Shown here: piece after piece, positions 1 to 8,419 of the stretch
Numbering within the stretch: position 1 is the first letter of the stretch
Layout: the number at the start of each line of letters is the position of its first letter
Source of the DNA: Candidatus Iainarchaeum sp.
GTDB taxonomy: Archaea; Iainarchaeota; Iainarchaeia; Iainarchaeales; JAFCCJ01
Direction: 5' to 3'
Length of the DNA stretch: 10,915 nucleotides
NCBI GenBank assembly: GCA_043816965.1
Contig: JBDRHK010000085.1
Span: 1-10,915 of the forward strand
The notes under the pieces: generated by a model
What the model saw: the letters and a program-made list of their open reading frames with translations, nothing else
What the model was told of the DNA's origin: nothing
Databases searched by the model: none
Translations under genes and position numbers: made by a program

Positions 1-141
1 AGCGCAAAATAATAGGCGGGCTGCGGGCGGAGCATGGGGCGGACACAATGGGCATCGTGAACACGATGCTTGCCACCTGGAAACAACAAGAAAAACCCCT
101 ATTCCAGACCCTCAAAACAGCCATAAGTTGTTAGCAGATAC
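1..141 (+). mobile_element. Right end of an IS66-family insertion sequence (truncated by window start)
   Basis: Transposase C-terminus at 3-134 is immediately followed by CAGATAC (to 141). The reverse complement of the end reads GTATCTGCTAAC, resembling the GTA-initiated terminal inverted repeats of IS66 elements. Sequence visibly switches from GC-richer to very AT-rich right after 141. Confidence 0.7.
3..134 (+). CDS. IS66-family transposase, C-terminal fragment (partial, 5' end outside window)
   Basis: Manual translation from position 3: RKIIGGLRAEHGADTMGIVNTMLATWKQQEKPLFQTLKTAISC*(TAG 132-134). Matches the typical IS66 TnpC C-terminal pattern RK..GG.RS..GA.......S...T.K.Q. Not in the ORF track because it has no start in the window. 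Confidence 0.75.
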   Translation, partial: RKIIGGLRAEHGADTMGIVNTMLATWKQQEKPLFQTLKTAISC

Positions 142-147
142 AGATAA

Positions 148-164
148 AGCAAAATATTATATAT
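148..164 (+). promoter_or_regulatory. Putative archaeal promoter (purine-rich BRE-like AGCAAAA + TATA box TTATATAT) for the 187-3586 gene run
   Basis: TTATATAT at 157-164 lies about 23 nt upstream of ATG 187, the spacing expected for a leaderless or short-leader archaeal transcript. Confidence 0.45.
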
Positions 165-186
165 CCAAATAGGCTTACTATAACCG

Positions 187-699
187 ATGAGAATAGGGAT
201 AAAATCGGCTTTTTTGTTTATTCTAAATATGGTTTCTTTTATATTACTTTTATTTAATCCTTTTTTTGAAGTAGATATTACCTTCTTTTTTGCAGCCTGG
301 TTATTCATGGTTGCTATTTCTTTTCTTGGTGCAAGGAGAAGGCATAAGGGGGATATTTATGGTGCCTTAGATGAGGCCGAAGATGCCGAAAAAAAATTCC
401 ATAGTGTTACAAAGCTGGACATAAGGCAGAATATTCTAATGGTTGGATTAGTGATAGTGGTTATTTTGGCGCTTTTAGTGGTCTTGCCATTAAGCATGTT
501 ATTTCCCCAAAGAAATATGCAATTTTTTAAACAAGAGGGAGTATTTTCAACTCTCCCTCCCACAAACATCCTATTCATTATTCTCGACGTCATTATTGCT
601 TTCCTTTGGTTTACCAACCTTTTTCTTGGAATAATGGTTTTTCCGTTAATTTTAGGGATTTATTTGTATGTGGTTTACTTAGATCTTTCAGGTAAATAA
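187..699 (+). CDS. Hypothetical integral membrane protein (about 5 hydrophobic segments)
   Basis: 170-aa ORF with long hydrophobic stretches separated by a charged loop (RRRHKGDIYGALDEAEDAEKKF). No family recognised. Confidence 0.75.
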   Translation: MRIGIKSAFLFILNMVSFILLLFNPFFEVDITFFFAAWLFMVAISFLGARRRHKGDIYGALDEAEDAEKKFHSVTKLDIRQNILMVGLVIVVILALLVVLPLSMLFPQRNMQFFKQEGVFSTLPPTNILFIILDVIIAFLWFTNLFLGIMVFPLILGIYLYVVYLDLSGK

Positions 700-717
700 T
701 GAAATAGGCGGTTAATT

Positions 718-957
718 ATGAAAACAATGACCTGTAAACAACTTGGGGGAGTATGCGATAAAGAATTTCATGCTGAAAGTTTTGAGGAACTGGCTGAAGT
801 GATTAAAAAGCACGGTATGGAGAGATATGTAATTGGAGATGGGGAGCACATTAAAGTGATAAATGAAATGATGGAACTTATGAATGATCCTGAAGCCATG
901 AAAAAGTGGATTGAAAGTAAGAAAAAGGAATTTGATGCATTGCCCGAGGATAAATAG
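718..957 (+). CDS. DUF1059-family small putative metal-binding protein
   Basis: 79 aa starting MKTMTCKQLGGVCDKEFHAESFEE...KKHG...GDGEH, with the C-x6-C plus His pattern characteristic of DUF1059-like proteins. AGGCGG upstream of the start. Confidence 0.75.
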   Translation: MKTMTCKQLGGVCDKEFHAESFEELAEVIKKHGMERYVIGDGEHIKVINEMMELMNDPEAMKKWIESKKKEFDALPEDK

Positions 958-958
958 T

Positions 959-3586
959 ATGAATAAATTGACATTGATTGCCGGTTTACTATTGGTAATT
1001 TTAATTTTGACTGGTTGCCCCCAACCGCCAGAACCTATTTGTGGCGACGGTATTTGCGATAAGGATTCCGGGGAAAATATCAAGAACTGTCCTGGAGATT
1101 GCAAAACAACAGTGGAGCCATTTTGTGGGGATGAGGTTTGTGATGATAAGGAAATCTGTTCGATCTGCCCAGCTGACTGCGGAGAATGCCCTGTTGCCAA
1201 TGTGAAAAGCCATTTTATGGCAGAAGGTACAGGGGGACTTTTTAGAAATGAAATGGAAGATGCAGGAGTTGAGATTGTAAGGGAATGGATAAATTGGGCC
1301 ATAATTGAGCCTGAAAATAACAATTATGATTGGGAAGAAATGGATGCAATGGTTGAAGATACAACTGAAAGAGGGATTGAGATTCTTGGGATTTTTTTGA
1401 TGATGCCTTCTTGGGCAAAGACTAATGAAGAATGTTCAAAATCAGATTTTTGCGAACCTAAAGACATAACCGATTTTAAAGAATTTGCAAAAAAAGTTGC
1501 GGAAAGATATGATGGCAAACATAGTCATGGTGAAATAAAATATTTTGAAATTATGAATGAAATTCCTGTGCCATTATCTTTTGAATTCGATGAGTCAGAT
1601 AGCAAAGGATATAGTAAATGGTTAATAAATGGTTATGAAGGCGTTAAAGAAGGAAATCCTTATGCCAAGGTTATGATGGGCTCATTTATTAATCCTGTGA
1701 CTGCTGAAGAAAAGTATGTTAAGACGTTTATAGATGAAATGTTGGAAAATCACAATAGATATTATGATATAATTGGGGCCCATGTGTTTGAAAGTGAATC
1801 AGATGTCACCATGACGACCCAATATATAAAAGGGCGCATGGAATTTTATGGCGTAAACAAATCTTTGTGGATTACAGAAACAGCAACCACTTTTATATCT
1901 GGTGAAGAACCAGATGCATTAAATAAAATTGCAAAAGATGTGGTAAAAAGATTTGCCAGGGCCTTTGGAGAAGGCGTTGAAAAAATGTCCTGGTATCGTT
2001 TTAGAGGAGACCCGAGACCGGAGGATGGTGTTACAAATGCTGAACGGGATAAAATTTTCGGGTTAGGTTACGGTAAAAAAGGCTCAACTGATTTTACCTC
2101 GAGGCAGGCATATTACGCATATAAAACAATAACTTCCAAATTAGATGATTTTAGTTCTGTAAAAAAATTCTCAGACACACAATACAAATTTGAAGTAAAT
2201 GAAAGAAGTGTTTATGTCCTGTGGTGTGATTTCGGAAGCTGCCCATTGCCTTCTGAAATAACTGGGATAGTTACTATTACTGATTATTTAGGCAATGAGG
2301 AGAAAATAAATGCAAATCAAATTACATTAAATGATAGTCCTGTATTTGTTGAAGCGACAAGCGGAACCCTCCCGACAGAAGAGTCTCATTTCGGGGCAGT
2401 AGGGCCTGTAGAGTTGCTTAGAAATGATTTTGAAAATACAAGGCTTGGATTTTGGAATCCGCAAGGGTATAAATTGAATAAAGGAAAAAATTGGGGCGAT
2501 TATTGTAAAGAATATTGCAATACAGATTGTGGAAATCCCGGGGATGAAATTTATTGTACTTTTTCCGGCAAGGAAGCATTACGGGATTATCTGGAAAAAA
2601 ATCGTCCTGAGGGGCATGATTATTTTGAAAATCCTTTAGGAACGATAGAGGTCGGGGATTTTGATCCTGACCCAAAGACATTTTCGACATATCCTGAGGG
2701 GCACGAATCCGAGTATTTGGATTATCTGGAGGAACTGGTGCTTATGTACCCAAACATAAAATATTGGGAAATCCAGAATGAAGTTAACGCGCCTGAATTT
2801 TGGCAGGGAAGTATGGAGGATTACACAAGATTAGTTACTTTATCCTCGGGAAAAATTAGGGAAATTTGTCCGGATTGCAAAGTGGGAATTAGCCTGGGAT
2901 GGTTATATAATCCTGATGACTCCGAAGGCACATTTATTCACAAATTACTCCCTTCATTAAGCAATATGTGTGATGATTTTGACTTTATAGATGCCCATTT
3001 ATACCCTGCAGAATGGCGCCTTGTTTATCAATATAAAGATAATATTGACAGCTGGAAAACTTGGCTAAATGAACAAGGGTGTTCTGAAAAAGAGTTTATT
3101 ACAACTGAAACAGGACTTTTAGGCCATAACCCCGGGGGCAAGGTTCCGCAAATTGGGGGAAGTGAAATTGAACAGGCAAAAGATGCTGTTAAGGTAAGTG
3201 TTGTAACCTTGTATGCTGGTTATTCAAAAGTTATGTGGTATGCATGCGATGCAGGGGATAATCCTTTTGGGGAGTTATGGAAATATGTAGGGATGTTGGA
3301 TATAGGCTGTTCAAATAAAAAAGAAGAATATTTTTCATTGAAAAATTTAATTGGCAAAATAGACTCTTTTACCTCGGTAGCAAAAATCACAGATACGCAA
3401 TACAAATTCTTGGTAAATGGGAAAAATATTTATGTGCTGTGGTGCGATTCCGGAAGCTGTCCACTGCCACCGGAAATAACTGGAAAGGTGAAGGTTACAG
3501 ATTATTTAGGGAATGAGGAAATGAAAAATGCCGAAGATGTTGGATTAAGTGAAAGCCCTGTTTTTGTAGAATCTGGCGATAAATAG
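959..3586 (+). CDS. Surface lipoprotein with Cys-rich repeats and two tandem clan GH-A (GH39/GH5-like) glycoside hydrolase modules
   Basis: Start moved to ATG 959 (1 nt after the previous stop), giving signal peptide MNKLTLIAGLLLVILILTG-C (lipobox Cys at 1016). Module 1: W..IEP....YDW, acid/base FEIMNE (Glu 1559), nucleophile LWITET (Glu 1877). Module 2: YWEIQNE (Glu 2780), DAHLY, FITTETG (Glu 3107). Each module is followed by a homologous 72-aa beta-rich domain. Confidence 0.85.
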   Translation: MNKLTLIAGLLLVILILTGCPQPPEPICGDGICDKDSGENIKNCPGDCKTTVEPFCGDEVCDDKEICSICPADCGECPVANVKSHFMAEGTGGLFRNEMEDAGVEIVREWINWAIIEPENNNYDWEEMDAMVEDTTERGIEILGIFLMMPSWAKTNEECSKSDFCEPKDITDFKEFAKKVAERYDGKHSHGEIKYFEIMNEIPVPLSFEFDESDSKGYSKWLINGYEGVKEGNPYAKVMMGSFINPVTAEEKYVKTFIDEMLENHNRYYDIIGAHVFESESDVTMTTQYIKGRMEFYGVNKSLWITETATTFISGEEPDALNKIAKDVVKRFARAFGEGVEKMSWYRFRGDPRPEDGVTNAERDKIFGLGYGKKGSTDFTSRQAYYAYKTITSKLDDFSSVKKFSDTQYKFEVNERSVYVLWCDFGSCPLPSEITGIVTITDYLGNEEKINANQITLNDSPVFVEATSGTLPTEESHFGAVGPVELLRNDFENTRLGFWNPQGYKLNKGKNWGDYCKEYCNTDCGNPGDEIYCTFSGKEALRDYLEKNRPEGHDYFENPLGTIEVGDFDPDPKTFSTYPEGHESEYLDYLEELVLMYPNIKYWEIQNEVNAPEFWQGSMEDYTRLVTLSSGKIREICPDCKVGISLGWLYNPDDSEGTFIHKLLPSLSNMCDDFDFIDAHLYPAEWRLVYQYKDNIDSWKTWLNEQGCSEKEFITTETGLLGHNPGGKVPQIGGSEIEQAKDAVKVSVVTLYAGYSKVMWYACDAGDNPFGELWKYVGMLDIGCSNKKEEYFSLKNLIGKIDSFTSVAKITDTQYKFLVNGKNIYVLWCDSGSCPLPPEITGKVKVTDYLGNEEMKNAEDVGLSESPVFVESGDK
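1040..1189 (+). repeat. Two Cys-rich CGDxxC...CPxDC repeats in the lipoprotein N-terminal region
   Basis: CGDGICDKDSGENIKNCPGDC and CGDEVCDDKEICSICPADCGEC in the translated ORF. Confidence 0.8.
2138..2353 (+). repeat. Internal repeat copy 1 (72-aa C-terminal beta-rich domain of GH module 1)
   Basis: KLDDFSSV...DTQYKF...YVLWCDFGSCPLPSEITG...TDYLGNEE...SPVFVE aligns without gaps to 3356-3571; 48/72 identical residues by manual count. Confidence 0.9.
3356..3571 (+). repeat. Internal repeat copy 2 (72-aa C-terminal beta-rich domain of GH module 2)
   Basis: KIDSFTSV...DTQYKF...YVLWCDSGSCPLPPEITG...TDYLGNEE...SPVFVE; ungapped match to 2138-2353. Confidence 0.9.
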
Positions 3587-3626
3587 ATTTTTATAAAATT
3601 TGCAGCAATAATTGGTGGGTTGGAGA

Positions 3627-4829
3627 ATGAAAAAACTGATTATTTTGGCAGCTTTTTTGATGCTGGTCGCTTCTTTCGCTTATGCTGCCGACTGCCCTCC
3701 TGGCTATGAATTCCAGCCAAATAGCGGTGTGGGGTGTGTGCAATCTAATTGTTTCAGCATTGCTAATGCGCACCTTTCCTACGAAGGGCGCTGCGTATGC
3801 GGTTCCTCAGGAAGCATTGAGGAAAATCCCGCAGACCCTAACAAGGAATGCTATTCGCAGAACGAATCCTGCCCAGGGTGTGTTGTTGCCTGCGTTGGAT
3901 TGGACCAAAGCTGCCCTGGTGAACAAATGGTAAATGATTTGCCTGATACTGATTCAAGTTCTGATTCAGGCAGTGAAAATTTGGTAGAGGATTGGGGCTC
4001 TGATTGGGAAGTTGAGAATTGGGAAGAAGATTGGGGTGATGCTGATTGGGGCCCCTATGAATGGCCTGACCTTTATCCAGATGAAGATGGTGAAGATATT
4101 GATGTTGATGATTCTGGCCGCGGTTGGGATGATTTAGGGGATGATATTGATCCTTTTGAGTTAGATAACCGGGAAGATAGGATAAATAACTCTGAAATTG
4201 ACTCAGATTATGATTTTGATGACGAAGCTTACAAAGATGCACTTTCAGGGGGGGTTTCGGAAAGTTTCAATCCTGACGGTTTTATGGTTCTTGGGGAAAT
4301 GAACCCTTTCAGCTACCCAGGCGGAAAGGAAATGCAGGGCATGCAGGACGATACAACAGACTTTTTCAGCCAAGTCTATGAGTCCACAAGGGATGTTGTG
4401 GATTACATGGCGGATTATTCCCAAATAGATCTCCCTTTTACCGGCGAGGACGGGGCATGGGTTTTTAAGAGCTCAAGCAAAAATCCTGAAACCGGGGAAG
4501 TTACTGATATTAAATGGTTTGGTGGGGATTTCCAGCTTGGCTGGAGTGATGGGTTTAAAACCCAGATTTATATTGCGGATGTAGGCACGCCAGGGGCTAA
4601 AAATGTTGATGGTTACACAATTGGGATGGGCATAACCTTGGAGTGGAAGGACAAATTCAAGTTCAGTGTCGGGGTTCCGGGAACTCCCATTTCCTTAAAC
4701 ATCGTCCCAAGGGACATTTACAACTCGCTTGGCAGGGGAGTGGACGCAATAAGGGATGGCGTAAAAAGCATTAGCATAATTGACAATGCAATGGACCTCC
4801 AGAGAAGGCAGGCGGAAAAAAATAAATAG
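3627..4829 (+). CDS. Secreted protein: signal peptide, 10-Cys domain, long Asp/Glu/Trp-rich linker, uncharacterised C-terminal domain
   Basis: Start moved to ATG 3627 (GGTGGG and GGAG upstream). MKKLIILAAFLMLVASFAYA is a typical cleavable signal peptide (AYA site). Ten Cys follow in about 75 aa, then acidic low-complexity sequence. Confidence 0.8.
   Translation: MKKLIILAAFLMLVASFAYAADCPPGYEFQPNSGVGCVQSNCFSIANAHLSYEGRCVCGSSGSIEENPADPNKECYSQNESCPGCVVACVGLDQSCPGEQMVNDLPDTDSSSDSGSENLVEDWGSDWEVENWEEDWGDADWGPYEWPDLYPDEDGEDIDVDDSGRGWDDLGDDIDPFELDNREDRINNSEIDSDYDFDDEAYKDALSGGVSESFNPDGFMVLGEMNPFSYPGGKEMQGMQDDTTDFFSQVYESTRDVVDYMADYSQIDLPFTGEDGAWVFKSSSKNPETGEVTDIKWFGGDFQLGWSDGFKTQIYIADVGTPGAKNVDGYTIGMGITLEWKDKFKFSVGVPGTPISLNIVPRDIYNSLGRGVDAIRDGVKSISIIDNAMDLQRRQAEKNK
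3990..4050 (+). repeat. Degenerate tandem repeat of (G/A)ATTGGG encoding DWG/DWE/NWE motifs
   Basis: Copies at 3990, 4002, 4017, 4029 and 4044 (spacing 12, 15, 12, 15; 27-bp period). Confidence 0.75.
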
Positions 4830-4871
4830 CAATAAAGATAACTTTTAATTCTCGAAAGCCTACTTATTAAC

Positions 4872-5435
4872 ATGAATATCATTAAAAAACTTAAAAGAGA
4901 TCTTGATTTGGTTTGGTTGAGTTCCACCGGGCTTAAATTCTGGCCTTGGGGAATGGTTGGACTTATTATCCTTTTTATTGCTCCATTTTTTATTTTTTTA
5001 ACCTATTCGGATAAAATCTTTTTAGATGCAATTTCGGAGAATATTTACTTTATTATTATCCTGGAAGCTGTAGTTTTTGGAATTGCTTTTTTATTTATTC
5101 TTTCGTCTGCGACACGGATTAAGGCTGCAAGTGCGCAATGGGGAAAATTTTTCGAGAAATATGGGGTAAAATTAGACAGTGTCGAATGGAAAGAAAAAAA
5201 ATTGGAAGCAATCCAAGCCGCAAAAAATATTTGCAAATCATGTGGCTCAAAGGATGAGGATGAAGACATGCAGATAATCTTAAACAATTTGGCGGAAATG
5301 TTAAATGACTTTAAAATAACCCGGGAGTTAGATGTCAAATATGTGGATGTGTTCTGCAATAGTTGTTATTCCAAAAGGCGCCTCGCTTTTGAGGCATATA
5401 TGAAAAAACATAAGGAAATACAAAATCAAGGCTGA
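4872..5435 (+). CDS. Hypothetical membrane protein with two TM helices and a C-terminal CxxC...CxxC putative Zn-binding domain
   Basis: 187-aa ORF with two hydrophobic segments; CKSC at 5232 and CNSC at 5355. TTTTAA TATA-like box at 4843-4848, about 24 nt upstream of the ATG. Confidence 0.75.
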   Translation: MNIIKKLKRDLDLVWLSSTGLKFWPWGMVGLIILFIAPFFIFLTYSDKIFLDAISENIYFIIILEAVVFGIAFLFILSSATRIKAASAQWGKFFEKYGVKLDSVEWKEKKLEAIQAAKNICKSCGSKDEDEDMQIILNNLAEMLNDFKITRELDVKYVDVFCNSCYSKRRLAFEAYMKKHKEIQNQG

Positions 5436-5493
5436 TTCCCCCCCTATAATCACATTTATATTGTAGAAAGGCGTTATATTTACTGTGGTGGGG

Positions 5494-5730
5494 ATGGTTG
5501 CCAAAACAGCTGCTATGCCGAAGGGTGCAAAAACCCTTGTGAATAAGTTCACTAAAGAATACCCTGATTTAGGCTTTATTTCCAGTTCAAAACCCCACTA
5601 TTGGGAGGACCTGATTGAGGCCCACCCAAAACTGGCTGCCGAAAGATACCAAAAAATGGTCCTGCAGGAAATGATGAAATTCAGCAGGACTCTTAAGCAC
5701 TCTAAAACAAAGGGCAAGAAAAAGAAATAG
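5494..5730 (+). CDS. Small hypothetical protein with Lys-rich C-terminal tail
   Basis: ATG 5494 preceded by GGTGGGG; ends KHSKTKGKKKK with tandem stops TAG TGA. No family recognised. Confidence 0.6.
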   Translation: MVAKTAAMPKGAKTLVNKFTKEYPDLGFISSSKPHYWEDLIEAHPKLAAERYQKMVLQEMMKFSRTLKHSKTKGKKKK

Positions 5731-5734
5731 TGAA

Positions 5735-6171
5735 TTATATTTTTCTGGTTTTTGGAGGCCTTTTCTTTCTAGACTTATTAACCGGAAGGTATAAAGATCG
5801 CCCTGAACCTGATCTAAACGCTCTTCCATAGGGATTTTTTCCTAATATGTTTTTTTTAAATTTGATAAAAAAGAGGTACTAATTGGAAAATTCTCAAAAT
5901 CTTTTGTAACAAGTTCAATAACCCTGCCCCAGTTCCCCTGGCTTTTTTCCCCTAAAATCCTGAAACTTTCAATTGCACCTTTTTCGAATGCAATTTTTAA
6001 TTGAATATTTTTACTAGATTTTAAAAGTCCCTGAAAATTTTGTCTAGAAAAGGCAATTCTCCGGGAGGTTATTATTGTTGCTGCTGCATAGGTTTCATTT
6101 CCATAGCTCCGCCTTCCGATCTCATATAAAAATTCAGGCGTAAATTTAACCGGATTCTTCCCATTAGCCAT
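5735..6171 (-). CDS. Hypothetical basic protein; frame 0 stops at 5842, probably continues by -1 frameshift or homopolymer indel to 5735
   Basis: ATG 6171 with GGTG upstream, directly after thyX. Frame 0 ends ...NLKKTY*(5842). The -1 frame across the A8 run (5857-5850) reads NILGKNPYGRAFRSGSGRSLYLPVNKSRKKRPPKTRKI*(TAA 5737-5735), ending 4 nt from the convergent gene's stop. Confidence 0.55.
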
Positions 6172-6199
6172 ACCAAAAATTAGCACCAAACTGCTTAAT

Positions 6200-6898
6200 T
6201 TACTTTTTCCCCAGAACTTCTTCCTTTAGCGGGTACCTACCACAGGTTTTCCCTTCAGGGCAGTAGCTCAATCGTTCACAAATTGCGTCAGCGTTCTCAA
6301 ATAATTTTGGCGCGGCTTCTCTCACCAGTTTTCGCATTTCATTTGCCAAAATCCTGATTTCCCACTGAGCACGGGTGCAGCACCTTCGCTCAAAAAAGTT
6401 GTAAAGTGACCGCGCGTTCATTGTTACAATTATTTTCGATTCTGTTGCATTGGGAAGGACAAACCTTGCATCTTCCTTTGGAACCTTCTCAGCAAACTCC
6501 CCATAAAGTTCAGAGGCAGAATCCATAAATTCCTCAAACTTTTTCACAAGTTCCTTGTCATTCTTAACTTTCGGCGGAATCACATAGGAAAAATCCTTCG
6601 CGTTCACATATCTTTGTGATTGTTGGGAGTATGAAGCTATCCTGTGCCTCACCAACTGGTGTGTAAGGGCCCTGCTCACTCCCTCAATTCCAAAAGTAAA
6701 ACTCGCATGCTCCAGAACCGACCAATGCCCCTCGTCAATCAGCCTTTTCAGCAATTTTTCTGCATATGCAGAATCAACCTTTTTGACCAAATCATCAATT
6801 GAGGAACTTGCATAACACAAATGCGCCGCAGTTGCGGTGGTCAAATCCGGATTCGGCGTATGCGCCAGCAATTTCACATTCAGTTTTGCTTCTGTCAT
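6200..6898 (-). CDS. thyX: FAD-dependent thymidylate synthase ThyX
   Basis: Signature RHRIASYSQQSQR (RHRx7SxR), GHWSVLEH, EDARFVLP, MNARSL, AQWEIR. Likely start is ATG 6898 (MTEAKLNVKLL). Confidence 0.97.
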   Translation of the reverse strand: MTEAKLNVKLLAHTPNPDLTTATAAHLCYASSSIDDLVKKVDSAYAEKLLKRLIDEGHWSVLEHASFTFGIEGVSRALTHQLVRHRIASYSQQSQRYVNAKDFSYVIPPKVKNDKELVKKFEEFMDSASELYGEFAEKVPKEDARFVLPNATESKIIVTMNARSLYNFFERRCCTRAQWEIRILANEMRKLVREAAPKLFENADAICERLSYCPEGKTCGRYPLKEEVLGKK

Positions 6899-6912
6899 TC
6901 CAATCAACAAAT

Positions 6913-8419
<1,507 letters not shown>

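Noticed and set aside
911..958. ORF-track start at 911 for the lipoprotein (similarly 3612, 5485, 6189 and 6916 for other genes)
   Set aside because: Downstream ATGs (959, 3627, 5494, 6171, 6898) give proper signal peptides, better SD spacing or avoid overlaps.
712..3405. Minus-strand ORFs opposite the DUF1059 and lipoprotein genes (e.g. 712-1323, 2418-2690)
   Set aside because: Antisense shadows of well-supported plus-strand genes, with Ser/Phe/Ile-rich non-protein-like composition.
3990..4050. Short repeats considered as a CRISPR-like array
   Set aside because: Units are only 7 bp with 12-15 bp spacing, in frame within a coding region; no 25-40 bp repeats with unique spacers and no cas genes.
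5431..5451. GATTCCCCCCC as a possible tRNA 3' fragment or att site at the island edge
   Set aside because: Lacks the GTTCG of the T-loop and any acceptor-stem or CCA context; too short to support.
5587..5844. Amber (TAG) readthrough or recoding joining the 5842-6189 ORF to the in-frame 5587-5829 ORF
   Set aside because: Other TAG stops in the window behave as true stops (957, 4829 and 5730 are followed within two codons by another stop). The readthrough product would overlap the plus-strand gene by about 140 nt, and the -1 frame fits the gap better.
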